Below, piece after piece: positions 12,749 through 23,314 of a stretch of DNA of 64,000 nt (the stretch's first letter is position 1; every line of letters starts with the position of its first letter). Source of the DNA: Diplonema japonicum (lineage: Eukaryota > Protista > Euglenozoa: Diplonemea); assembly GCA_964019335.1 (NCBI GenBank), contig OZ025738.1:248001-312000 (forward strand). Reading direction: 5' to 3'. The notes under the pieces are model-generated. The model did not search any database and was not told the DNA's origin. It saw nothing but the letters and a program-made list of their open reading frames with translations. The translations under genes and the position numbers were made by a program.

Positions 12749-13320
12749 TTTTCACCGCAGGCCTAGGAGGGGGCCAAGCAGGCCTAGGAGGAGGCCACGC
12801 AGGCCTGGGAGGGGACCAAGCAGGACTGGTGCCAGACGAGCTTCCGTACTCGGTGGACACCAGAAGAGTGACGTCCTGGGTCGGACACGTCACACACGCC
12901 CATCTCAGACGTCAGCTCCTCGGAAACATCCGGACTCGCTACGGACCGATCCCGGAGGACGCCCGGGACACTGCGCGTGGACACGAACACGATGTTCGTA
13001 GGTTGTTCCGGTACCTGACACAGATCTTCCCGCTCTTTGCCACGGTAGGGGAGGCCCTGTTTCCGCTGGCGCACGATCTCATGGTCCAGCTGGAGTGTTG
13101 CCGTATCAGGGCTAAGGCTCCGGATCGCCAATCCGGCATGGAAAGGGCCTTGGTGTACGAGGAAAGGCTGGAAGGATTGGAATGGACGAAGGTTGATGGC
13201 AATGTCATCAGCGCCGCGGCTCGGCTGGCGGCGGCGGTAAAGTCGGAACCTCTTAGGTCAGAACCCTCAAAGAGACCGAATTACTTCCACGGTGGGGGTC
13301 CAAAAAAGGCGAGGCATTGA
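12670..13320 (+). mobile_element. gag-like ORF of a tyrosine-recombinase (VIPER/TATE/DIRS-like) retroelement
   Basis: Helical ORF directly upstream of the YR ORF on the same strand and opposite to host genes; three 21-bp tandem units at ~12757-12820; true start uncertain. Confidence 0.5.
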
Positions 13321-13488
13321 CAGCTGACTCATCCACCATCCCTAACTCTTATCAATCAGAACAGTACTTCTCTAGCTCCCGTCAACGGTTCCCTCCCCCC
13401 GCTCGCTCTTCTTTTTCATTTATCAAAAACGTTTCTCACTCCCTCTGCGACTCCGAAGGGTCGGCCGCGATTAATCGCGAAGGAGGAA

Positions 13489-14241
13489 GTGGGACCCCTA
13501 CTACTGCAAACGCAAGAGTTCATGGGGACTTGCTACAAATCTCAAGACTCGGTGGTCTCGGTCCTTCGCAGGGGTCGGCAATTCGCGGAGCAGGTAAGCA
13601 GATGGCATCCGACGATATCGGAGGAGGAGGCCTTCCTGCTATGGATAGAAAGGAAACGCAGTGCGGGGCAGATTTCCGCTTCCTCCGCACTACAGTACAT
13701 GACTTACTGGCGGATGGGTCGGCCCGACGGCAGCCTATCGTCGTTCCCTCCAAGGGAGACTGGAGGTTTTCAACCATCGCCTAGAAAGTCAGAGGATTCT
13801 GGTGTCACGGGAGCAGGTGCTCAGGTGATCTCGTCCCCGCAGGACATGTTGACGGCTGCCCTGTCCTTGCAATGGAGCACGGCCGGTCGGTTCGTGGACG
13901 TAGAACGACTTCTAATAGGGCACGTGTTCCCCCGCCCCGGGGAGACCTTGATCACGCTGGTTGGCGGGAAGACCGACCGACAAGGGAAGGGCCAGGGGGT
14001 GGTGGTCCCGTCGGACGGAAACCTATTCGGGCCTGCGAAGCGGTGGATCGAAGGAAGGATGCGGTCGGCTACACCGGACCGAAGGGTCTTCTCAACGATA
14101 TCCCGCGTAGCGTACAACCGTTTCCTGATGAAGAGCTTAAACGTCACGGCTCACGACATAAGACATGCGTTGACTCACGTGGCGCGACGTCTGGGGAAGG
14201 AGCGGCCCAGCCAAATGCATTGGTCGTTGACCCGCACTTAA
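13489..14241 (+). mobile_element. Tyrosine recombinase of a YR retroelement, C-terminally truncated
   Basis: Catalytic R (TAGRFVD), K (GGKTDRQGKG) and HxxR (AHDIRH); the final H/Y motif is lost at the ~14215 junction. Confidence 0.8.
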
Positions 14242-15891
14242 CGCAGGACAGTGTGGAGGTGGTTGTAGCCTGTCGTGTCCTGACCTTCCCGTCGTAGCCT
14301 CTAGCCCTGCGGCTTCGTGGTTTCGTGACGCTCGGTTTGTTACGGCAGTGCCTTTCGTGCCATCGCATTCTCTTCGTGTTAAGGAGTACACCGTTCACAT
14401 TTGTGTTCGTTCCACAGTACATGCATCTCGGGCCGCTCATTTTCTTGGTGCCGCCGCTTGTGGTGCTGGAGGTGTAGTCGTCTGTGTCTGCCTCCTCTTC
14501 CGTACTGCTGTTGTAGTAGTCCTCACTATTGCTGCTTTCATAACTCTCACTGCATACACTCCCGCTGTTTTCATCGCTGTTGCTGTAGCTGTAGCTGGAC
14601 CCGTTACTGTTCACCAGCCTCACCCCCTCTGGTAGGTTATTCCTCAAGAGCCAGGTAGATTCACTAGCGCTTCCCAAAACTACGGTTTCTAGATTTTCAC
14701 ACTCCGACAAAAAGCCCTGGCCGACGGTTTCAACATTGGCCATCGAACTCAAGTCGATGGATTCTAATTCCTCGCACCCTGACATGAAGTCATTACCAAT
14801 GTCAGTTACATCCGCCATCGCACTCAAGTCGATGGTTTCTAGTGCAGTACATTGTGACATGAAGTCATTACCAATGAAGCTAAGGTCCGACATCCAACTC
14901 AAGTCGATGGTTTCTAGTGCAGTACATTGTGACATGAAGTCATTACCAATGAAGCTAAGGTCCGACATCCAACTCAAGTCGATGGTTTCTAGTGCAGTAC
15001 ATTGTGACATGAAGTCATTACCAATGAAGCTAAGGTCCGACATCCAACTCAAGTCGATGGTTTCTAGTGCAGTACATTGTGACATGAAGTCATTACCAAT
15101 GAAGCTAAGGTCCGACATCCAACTCAAGTCGATGGTTTCTAGTGCAGTACATTGTGACATGAAGTCATTACCAATGAAGCTAAGGTCCGACATCCAACTC
15201 AAGTCGATGGTTTCTAGTGCAGTACATTGTGACATGAAGTCATTACCAATGAAGCTAAGGTCCGACATCCAACTCAAGTCGATGGTTTCAAGTTTGTTGC
15301 ACTGTGTCAGGAATTCATCGGCAATCAGAGAAAGATTGGTCATCGAAGTCAAGTCGATGGTTACTAGGTAGTTGCTCGCCCCCAAGAAGTAAGAACTAAT
15401 GGAAGAAACATTGGGAGGATGAGAGTGAGAGACATCAGGTAGCACCCATAAAGAAAGTCATCGTCTATACTTGTAACACAACCTGTGGGGTCGGAGACAA
15501 CGAGGGACCACAGCCCTTGAGGAAGGTCACTGCTCTCCATGGACAAAACTTCAACATCCCCCACCTCCACTTCCAAAATAAACTCTCTGCACCGTAAGCT
15601 CAGAGCTGCCAGAAGCCCCTCAAGTTCCGTTCGGACTTCTGAGTTCTTTTCCGCAAACCCGCAAACCCGCCTCTAGAGCCTCACGGAGCCCTCCACGAGC
15701 TCAAGTTGCTGAAGCTCTTCACCGCCGAACCTATCCAGGACCTCACCCTCCCAAACCAGTTTGAACCTGCCTAGGAGGATGTCAGCAGCGCACGCCGCCT
15801 TCTTGTACAGGCTCCCCACCGTCTCCTTCCCCGACACTTCCACATCGTGAGCCTCGCCTCCCGCGTTCACAAACACCGTTATTTCGTCCAT
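14215..15891 (-). pseudogene. Divergent UBL-LRR copy 4 fused in frame to an acidic linker and C2HC zinc fingers; in-frame TAG at 15673, frameshift near 15412
   Basis: MDEITVFVNAGG UBL; LRRs; cap LPEGVRLV continues into GPRCMYCGTN..MRWHERHC, homologous to the 11380-12553 fingers. Confidence 0.8.
14822..15289. repeat. Six apparently perfect 75-bp tandem repeats (coding LRR units)
   Basis: Unit starts aagtcgatggtttc at 14826, 14901, 14976, 15051, 15126, 15201, 15276. Confidence 0.95.
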
Positions 15892-16437
15892 CTTTACGCC
15901 TATTTCTTTTGAATAACTGAGCCGTGTAAACAATCTTTTTAAAAACGGAAGGACTAATTTCCGGATTGACGATATCAATAAAAAACTCAAATCTATTTCT
16001 ACGGTGCATGCCCACCGTTGACTGGAGATCCTACACGTGCGAGTCACCACTGCCCTTACGGGCAACTCCGACCACCACTGTTGCTGCACTGGGGTGTTCA
16101 GTCCCGAGTGCCACTCGTGAGACAGCCGGAGACGTTCCGTCTCTGGTGTTCGTCCAAGAGCTCCGGTCGTTGTCGGAAGTAGACCAAGAGACTGAGGTAG
16201 CGGTCCATCCGTCTCTGGAGGAGCCTTCGGTCGAGGGCATCCTGTTCAAGGCCCTGCGACTGCTCGCGAAGGATGAGAAGCCCTTCGTCGTCGGTGGATG
16301 TAGAACTCTTACCATGACGGCTTTCGTGCTCGTATGCAGTGCCGTCGTGCTTCTTCTTACGCTAGGTTTGTCCGTGGAGTCCTGCGTGAGGTCGATCACC
16401 TCTAGGACCCCGCTGGAGGGTCAAGGGGAGTATCTTC

Positions 16438-16502
16438 CTCGTGGAGGGCTCCGTGAGGCTCTAGAGGCTCAGATACCTGCAGGAGTAAGTTTACGGAAAT
16501 AA
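16438..16502 (+). repeat. Inverted UBL-end/C-terminal-cap junction fragment; 31-bp perfect inverted repeat with 15669-15699
   Basis: ctcgtggagggctccgtgaggctctagaggc, then sequence encoding LEAQIPAGVSLRK*. Confidence 0.85.
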
Positions 16503-16536
16503 AAGAAAAGCCAGCCTCCCCCATGGTAGTTTTCCT

Positions 16537-16683
16537 TACTCACCCTCCCAAACCAGTGTGAACCTGCCTTCAAGTAAATTAGTAGCACGCGTTGTCTACT
16601 TGTACAGGCTCCCCACCGCCTCCTTCCCCGACACTTCCACATCGTGAACCCCGCCTCCCGTCTTCACGAACACTGTCGTTCAT
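16537..16683 (-). pseudogene. Isolated N-terminal UBL fragment of the UBL-LRR family
   Basis: ATG at 16683 followed by sequence closely matching the UBL of copies 1 and 3, truncated after VWEGE. Confidence 0.8.
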
Positions 16684-17155
16684 TTATTTTTCTCTCATCC
16701 ACCCCCAAAAAAGACTTATTATTTTTGTTTTTTTAAAAAGAGGGGGTCGGAAGAGGGGAAAATAAGTAAGAATAATAAGAAAACCACGGTTATCAAGAGG
16801 TGGAAATTGGAGACGATGGTCAAATAAAAAAAAAAGAAAAAAAAGGGGTGAAGAGGGAGAAGGGGGAGGGGCGAGGAGAAAAAGAAAATACAGTGAAGGG
16901 GCCTTACTTACCTTTCCTTTTTTTCTTTTTTTTTTTTTTTTTTCCTGGCTCTGCGAGAGCTGCACAGGGAGAAAAGCCCTTACGAAAGGAAGTTCGTAGC
17001 AGTGTTTACTCCTCCAGGTGCTGTCCTCATCAGTAGAGGCACCCTTTAAGGGCCTTAAGAAATGAACGAAAAAGAAAAAAAAAAAAAAGAGGGGAGAAAG
17101 AAAAGAAAAACGAAAAACTAATGAGCTGGGACGGAAAAGGAAAAAAAAAAAAACA

Positions 17156-17190
<35 letters not shown>

Positions 17191-17280
17191 TTGATAAGAT
17201 TTTCAGTATGCTTTGGGTTGGCTCGCTGTTCAACTATTCAAGAAAAAAGTACTCACTACCCCCTGCAGTGGCGCTGTGTG

Positions 17281-17404
17281 TCACAATGGATGACATGAAC
17301 GGCATCTGGGCGAGAAACACTGCATAGGGGTCGTGGCTAAGTAGCCGGAGAAGGCCGAGCAGTTCTTCAGATGTGACACAAAAATATATCGCATCCTAGC
17401 AGCC
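17281..17404 (-). repeat. Short internally deleted remnant of the 30280-31250 LINE family, in a 3' intergenic region
   Basis: ggcatctgggcgagaaaca..gtcgtg..tatcgcatcct..gc matches pieces of 30385-30610. Confidence 0.7.
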
Positions 17405-17591
17405 GGAAAAAAAAAAAAAAAAAAAATGGGGTCGATTCCCTTTTTGTCTACTGATTCACACCATATATTCTTTTTTTTAAAAAAAGGGGGGGGGTCAGCA
17501 AGAGAACGAAGGGATAGGGGGGGGGGGGGGGGGTCCGGCCAGAGAAAAATGGAAAAATACAAAATAAATAGAAAAAAAATATCCACCCTCT

Positions 17592-17975
17592 CTATTCGTT
17601 GAACAGAAGCACGATCAGGGCTTCTTTTTCTACCCTGTAGCTGCCTAAGGTTCTTGTAGCCTCAGTTAGCTCCACGCCGTTGCAGGCCAATCTCATATTA
17701 CTCGGACACTCTCCGGTTATCTCTTGAAGCTTTTCCTTCATGAACGCGATGGTCGACACAGAGGCTACCTTCACCTTCAGAATATCCCCAGTGAGCAGCT
17801 TAACGGTGGTGTCGGCCTCTTCCCAAACAGGTTCGGGGTCCTCCTTGGGCTCTACCACAACAGGTGCAGCATTTTGTTCTGCAATGGGCTCTGCCGATGT
17901 AGTTTTCTTAACAGCAGGTTTAGCCTTTGTGCTTTTGTTTGCCGGCTTCTTCTCTTGACTACCACAGCATCCCAT
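17592..17975 (-). CDS. Ubiquitin-like protein with N-terminal dual-acylation motif (MGCCGS), 127 aa
   Basis: Poly(A)-ATG start; Lys-rich/acidic linker; TVKLLTGDILKVKV..MRLACNGVEL..TLGSYRV ubiquitin fold; no C-terminal GG. Confidence 0.85.
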   Translation of the reverse strand: MGCCGSQEKKPANKSTKAKPAVKKTTSAEPIAEQNAAPVVVEPKEDPEPVWEEADTTVKLLTGDILKVKVASVSTIAFMKEKLQEITGECPSNMRLACNGVELTEATRTLGSYRVEKEALIVLLFNE

Positions 17976-18124
17976 TTTTTTTTCCTCTTTTTTGTTTTCC
18001 TTTTTTTTTTTCTTTTTTTTTGTCAAAATAATATAAAAAATAAAGAGAATAAAGGGGGGGGGGGGGGGAGCAGGGGGCAACGTTTAAAAGAATTCTTTTT
18101 GGTTTTTATTAAACAAAAAATTCC

Positions 18125-18158
<34 letters not shown>

Positions 18159-18183
18159 TGGAGCGTGGTCCCCCCTCCCCGCA

Positions 18184-18223
<40 letters not shown>

Positions 18224-18358
18224 ATTTTCTTCTGCCATCACCAAAAAAAATACCCTCAAGGAAAAAAAAAAAAAAAAAAAAACAAGAGAGCGGGAATATT
18301 GAAGAAGAAAATTACTCGGGGAAGTAGGAGAACGAATTTTTTCCTCCCACTTTTTTTT

Positions 18359-19177
18359 TCAAAGCTTCGGGACGACAAGGGACCCACCATCAACCACGAT
18401 ATCAGCCCCGTTGGTGAAGCTGCCGCCCCTCCCGCACAGGTACAGCACGGTGGCTGCGATGTCCTGAGGGACACCAATACGCCCGGCGACGGTGCCCTTG
18501 GCCACGTTCTCCTTCCCAGCAGCACGGATAGTACCCCGCATCATGCGAGACTCGAAGGGCCCGGGGCAGATCGTGTTCACAGTCACATTCTTGGCACCAA
18601 GCTTCCCAGCAAGATGGTGTGACAGCATCACAGCACCAGCCTTTGAAGAGGTGTATGCGAAGGTGTTTAGTTTGCTTGGGGAGAAGGCAGAGATGGAGGA
18701 GATGATGACCACCCTTGATGGGTCCTCAGGGGTCCCAGCTGCGACGAGGAGCGGTGCGAACTCCTGCGTCACGGAAAAGACAGATCTAACATTGATCTGC
18801 ATCACTTTATCGAAGCTGTCAGCTGGGTACTTCCCGAGAGGGGCGTTGAAGTTGGTTCCTGCGTTGTTCACCAGGATGTGGACGCGGCCTTCTTTCTCTT
18901 TGATCTGCTGCACCACCCTCTTCACCTCGTCTTCCTTCCCCACGTCGCACTGCATACTGACACACATGGGCAGTGTTTCTGCGAACTTGCTGATGTCCTT
19001 CCTGCTCACGATGTACGTCTTGCACCCGTTCCTTGTCAGCCCTGCGGCTATCATGGCACCGATCCCACTCCCGCCTCCTGTCACAACAGCTACCTTCCCC
19101 TGCACACCAAACAGGGCCCCCAGGCTCATGTCGGCGGTCAGTGCCGCATCGTTCTCCCCGAACTCTGTTGTCGGCAT
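18359..19177 (-). CDS. Classical short-chain dehydrogenase/reductase (RhlG-like), copy 1, C-terminal PKL
   Basis: TGGGSGIG, NNAG, catalytic Ser, YTSSK, VNTICPG, DGG. Confidence 0.93.
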   Translation of the reverse strand: MPTTEFGENDAALTADMSLGALFGVQGKVAVVTGGGSGIGAMIAAGLTRNGCKTYIVSRKDISKFAETLPMCVSMQCDVGKEDEVKRVVQQIKEKEGRVHILVNNAGTNFNAPLGKYPADSFDKVMQINVRSVFSVTQEFAPLLVAAGTPEDPSRVVIISSISAFSPSKLNTFAYTSSKAGAVMLSHHLAGKLGAKNVTVNTICPGPFESRMMRGTIRAAGKENVAKGTVAGRIGVPQDIAATVLYLCGRGGSFTNGADIVVDGGSLVVPKL

Positions 19178-19967
19178 TTTCTTTTTTTTTTTTTTTTGTG
19201 GAAATCTTATCTGGGGGACTCCAGCTTGGAACTTTGCAGTTTCTTTTTTTTTTTTTTTTTTTGCAGGGGCATACATAAAAAATAAATAAAAGCGGGTGGG
19301 GGGGGGGGAGACGAAAAAATAAAGTGGGAGGGGGGAAAAAAAACTAGTTTGGCCGCCTCACTAAAAGGTATCATGCCTATAAAATATCCCATCACACTGC
19401 CATCAACTAGTTTTTTTTTCTCCTTTTTTTTTTTTCTCTCGACAACAAAAAAAAAACAAAAAAAAAAGGAAAAATAGTTTCCTTCCTCTGGTGTAGGGGG
19501 GAAAACTTAATTTTTTTTTTTTAAATTTGTAGTGCATTTGAAAAATAAAAGAAAATAAAGAATAAAATATAAAAGAGCCAACGAAGGTAGGTGTTTTCTT
19601 TTTTGGGTGGGGAACTTTCTCTTTTTTTTTTCCCCTTTCTTTTCTACAAATAAAGACACTGTGATGAGGGGGAAACAAAGTGGCTAGCAACAGCCCACTA
19701 CAGTGGAGTGCCAACCTTTACGACATTCCCCCCGCCCCTTTGCATCTTCCTTTTCTTTTTTTTCTTCTTTTTTTTTTTTCACTCGTAGAAAAAGTATATT
19801 ACCCAGCAACAGTATGCCGCCACAACATGACTCGTTCTTACAAAAAAAAAAAATTTTTTTTTTTTCTTCTGCCATCACCAACAAAAAAAAATACCCCAAA
19901 AAAAAAAGAGAGAGTGGGAATATTGAAGAAGAAAAAAATCTGGGACTTCATTTTTTTTTTTTTTTTT

Positions 19968-20789
19968 TCAAAGCTTCGGGACGACAAGGGACCCACCATC
20001 AACCACGATGTCAGCCCCGTTGGTGAAGCTGCCGCCCCTCCCGCACAGGTACAGCACGGTGGCTGCGATGTCCTGAGGGACACCAATACGCCCGGCGACG
20101 GTGCCCTTGGCCACGTTCTCCTTCCCAGCAGCACGGATAGTACCCCGCATCATGCGAGACTCGAAGGGCCCGGGGCAGATCGTGTTCACAGTCACATTCT
20201 TGGCACCAAGCTTCCCAGCAAGATGGTGTGACAACATCAACACAGCGGCCTTTGAAGAGCTGTATGCGAAGGTGTTAAACTGCGTGGGTGCCCTCACACC
20301 GTTGATGGAAGAGATGTTGATGACCCTTGATGGGTCCTCAGGGGTCCCAGCTGCGACGAGGAGCGGTGCGAACTCCTGCGTCACGGAAAAGACAGATCTG
20401 ACATTGATCTGCATCACTTTATCGAAGCTGTCAGCTGGGTACTTCCCGAGAGGGGCGTTGAAGTTGGTTCCTGCGTTGTTCACCAGGATGTGGACGCGGC
20501 CTTCTTTCTCTTTGATCTGCTGCACCACCCTCTTCACCTCGTCTTCCTTCCCCACGTCGCACTGCATACTGACACACATGGGCAGTGTTTCTGCGAACTT
20601 GCTGATGTCCTTCCTGCTCACGATGTACGTCTTGCACCCGTTCCTTGTCAGCCCTGCGGCTATCATGGCACCGATCCCACTCCCGCCTCCTGTCACAACA
20701 GCTACCTTCCCCTGCACACCAAACAGGGCCCCCAGGCTCATGTCGGCGGTCAGTGCCGCATCGTTCTCCCCGAACTCTGCTGTCGGCAT
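19968..20789 (-). CDS. Classical SDR copy 2, C-terminal PKL
   Basis: Same motifs, YSSSK; near-identical to copy 1 outside one ~90-bp patch. Confidence 0.93.
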   Translation of the reverse strand: MPTAEFGENDAALTADMSLGALFGVQGKVAVVTGGGSGIGAMIAAGLTRNGCKTYIVSRKDISKFAETLPMCVSMQCDVGKEDEVKRVVQQIKEKEGRVHILVNNAGTNFNAPLGKYPADSFDKVMQINVRSVFSVTQEFAPLLVAAGTPEDPSRVINISSINGVRAPTQFNTFAYSSSKAAVLMLSHHLAGKLGAKNVTVNTICPGPFESRMMRGTIRAAGKENVAKGTVAGRIGVPQDIAATVLYLCGRGGSFTNGADIVVDGGSLVVPKL

Positions 20790-21044
20790 TTTTTTCTTTT
20801 TTTTTTTTTTTTTTCCCTCGCTTTTTTAGGAAATGCAGGGACGATCAAGCGTCTAAGGATGCGTCACCCAGGAGCTGCGAGAAGTCCTGCCCAACCTACA
20901 ACACGGCACAGATGCAGGACGCGGAGAGTTCCTCACGGTGTTTAAGAAAGGCAAAAAAAAAAAAAAAATAAATAATAAGGCTAGATTTTTGACACTCTCT
21001 CATCCACATTTTCTTTTTTTTTTTTTTTTTTTTTCCTCTTCCCC

Positions 21045-21344
21045 TCATTGCAAGGTATCGGTGTCGTCGAAATCATCACAGAAATCTAAAGAGAAAAAAA
21101 TTTGTTTTTTTTTTTTTAATTAGATAGTTTTTTTTTTTTATACCATTAAAAAAATCGGCTTCAGGGAGCTTCTTGGGGTCGCATGACGTGTCCATCAAAT
21201 TCATCAAAAAGTCCCCATCAGCGCCATCTGTATTTGATAACTTGAAGAAAAAAAAAGAAAAAGCCTCACACCTCCATCTTGGCACAAATCGTTCCACTGT
21301 TCCTCTCCTCGGGCCCCTACTTCAGCTTCATATTCTGGATCCAT
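21045..21344 (-). CDS. COPS9: Three-exon COP9 signalosome subunit 9 (CSNAP/MYEOV2)-like protein, ~65 aa; exons 21344-21272, 21227-21144, 21085-21045
   Basis: Poly(A)-ATG start; GT-AG introns of 44 and 58 nt, both phase 1, keep the frame; product ends LMNL..EADFFNDFCDDFDDTDTLQ, matching the CSN9 ADFFNDF-D-FDD-D motif. Intron 1 boundaries have an alternative in-frame solution. Confidence 0.8.
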
Positions 21345-21690
21345 CTTTTTTTTTTTTTTTTTTGTGTGTAAAAGCAAAAGGGCGGATACTTCTCGTTTTT
21401 ATATTTTTATTTTGGCTTTCTTTCATTTTCTTTTTTTTTTTTTTTTGCACAACAAAAAAAAAAAAAAAAACACGAAAGCAAGGGGGGAAGAAAACATGGT
21501 GCAAAAAAAAAAAAAAAAGAAAAGGAACCCTCATAAAGAGGTGTTTTTTTTTTTTTTTTTCCCTGGGGGAGGGGAGCGTTTTCCCCCCACACCCCTTTTT
21601 TCTTTTTTTTTTTTCGAACTTTTTTTTTTTTCTTCTCATGTCAATCAAATCGAAAAAAAAGAGAAAGTTTAGCAAAAAAAAAAAAAAAAA

Positions 21691-21891
21691 AAAGAGGAAC
21701 TGGCCGTTGTTTGTACGTGCCGGGTAAAACCTGGAGAAGTTGTCAACCCGAAACACGTTGCCAACGTTCCCCATTTGTTTAGACAAGTCAAAGATTCGTT
21801 CTTGCAAAAGAGGAACTGGCCGTTGTTTGTACGTGCCGGTCCATATAAAAAACGCCCCCCCCTCCCCTCTAAATGTAAAGTGAATCATTCC
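21691..21891 (+). repeat. Interspersed repeat family C containing an internal ~32-bp direct repeat
   Basis: aagaggaactggccgttgtttgtacgtgccgg at 21692 and 21808; full inverted copy at 28935-29157; fragments at ~27728 and ~60198. Confidence 0.88.
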
Positions 21892-22001
21892 TTTTGTTCC
21901 TTTTCCTTTTTTTTTGAAGAGAGGGTCCGGGCAAAATTAAAGTAAAAGCGCGTAAACCCCATTGGTCTTGAACCAAACTAAAAAGGGAACTGCACGGCTG
22001 T

Positions 22002-22506
22002 CTAACAATGAACCTTCTGAGAGGCCAGCCTCGTATACCGATCTGCGAGATTCTCGGCAGATGGGACATAAACCAGCTCTAGCCGGCACCCGCTGTTGGT
22101 GAGCATGGTCTGGAGCACCAACCAATGCATAGTGGTTGCGTCCAGAGAAAAGCCACGAGTCGCGTAGCCGATGACTGCCTTGTTGTCGCACAGTGCTATA
22201 ACCCTCGCGTTATTTTCACGCTGAGTTATCCAGTGGACCAAGCGAACCACCCCGAACAGCTCCGTCAGGTGTATGTCCACACCCGATAGGCAAGGTGGGA
22301 ACACACCATAGACAGCAGTGCCTCACACATACACAAAAGCCCCAACCCACAGCGCTCACATCCGACACACCCTTGAGTAGCCTTGCCAGAGGGGGACGCC
22401 GAGCCAGCCAGTCGTTGGCCCTAACGACCACAAGCAGCTTAGTCATAAGCTGACGCACCGAATCATCGAGCTCCACCGGAGTCATCCACAGCTGTTTCCC
22501 AGCCAC
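22002..22506 (-). mobile_element. DIRS/VIPER-type RT-associated RNase H fragment
   Basis: SDVSAVGWG, DIHLTEL, LCDNKAV, YVPSAENLADRYTR (frameshifted). Confidence 0.8.
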
Positions 22507-22515
22507 ACGACCCTG

Positions 22516-22600
22516 CGGTGATGACCGACGGGGAGGTCAACAGCGAACAACACATCTGATGGTTTTCTTATATTTTCATGTTATCCCCCACCACCTGAAA
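22516..22600 (+). repeat. Repeat family B, 3' fragment
   Basis: ggtgatgaccgacg..gaggtcaacagcgaacaacacatctgat..catgttatcccca. Confidence 0.85.
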
Positions 22601-22631
22601 AAAAGACGAGGGGGAACAAAAAAAAAAGAGC

Positions 22632-22706
22632 CCGGCTGATTGTTTGTGCAAAGCCGTTTTTCACCCACAGTAGGGAAACGGACAAAGCTGCCTCTACTCT
22701 TTTTTT
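22632..22706 (-). repeat. Repeat family A, inverted copy
   Basis: gctgattgtttgtgcaaagccgttt..cacccacagtaggg..ggacaaagctgcctctactc. Confidence 0.88.
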
Positions 22707-22710
22707 ACAG

Positions 22711-22742
<32 letters not shown>

Positions 22743-22832
22743 TCCGCCGTTTTTTTGTTTTGCTTTTGGTGAAAGCAAAAATAAAAAGAAAAAAAAAGTA
22801 AAAAAAAAAAAAAAAAAATTTTCTCGCACAAC

Positions 22833-23314
22833 TCACAACTTGGGAGCCTTCCCATTTTTGAATGCCTCAATCATAGCCCCCATCCCGTCCCTGAGGCCAA
22901 TGGTGACTCCAAAGGGGCGAACCATTACCATCAGCTGGGTCGCCTTGCCTGTGTTACCGTCCACCTCGAAGATGTCGACCCCATCGGCTTTCAGCTCCTT
23001 CCCGTCTTTCGTGACCATCGCGTTGAAGTGAAGGACCACCTTGGCCTTGTTAGCTGCCTTGTCCGTGCCAACAAAGGCCCCTACATAATGCAACCCCTTC
23101 AGCACCTTAGTCACGCTCATGAGAATCGGTACGTATCCGATTTTCTTGCTGTATGGCTTGTTCACCAACGGAGAGTAAAATTTGAACTTGCCCTCCTCCA
23201 TCGCGTGGGTCAAGCCGCTGAAACACCCCTTCTCATCACCAGCACTGAACATTTTAATCCACTTGCTTGCAAACTCCGTGCCTACCTGGTACAACCTGGG
23301 GTCAGAAGGAAGAT

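Noticed and set aside
14822-15289. CRISPR array
   Set aside because: Contiguous 75-bp coding LRR units with no unique spacers; eukaryotic context; no cas genes
15673-15675. Stop-codon reassignment (in-frame TAG)
   Set aside because: TAG, TAA and TGA all terminate intact genes here (e.g. 17592, 9104, 18359); this TAG lies in a rearrangement junction of a frameshifted copy
15966-16437. Coding-like GC-rich segment
   Set aside because: No recognisable motif in any frame; probably a TE fragment, left unassigned
21692-21839. CRISPR-like 32-bp direct repeat pair
   Set aside because: Only two units, and the same intervening sequence recurs at 29040-29125, so it is part of an interspersed repeat
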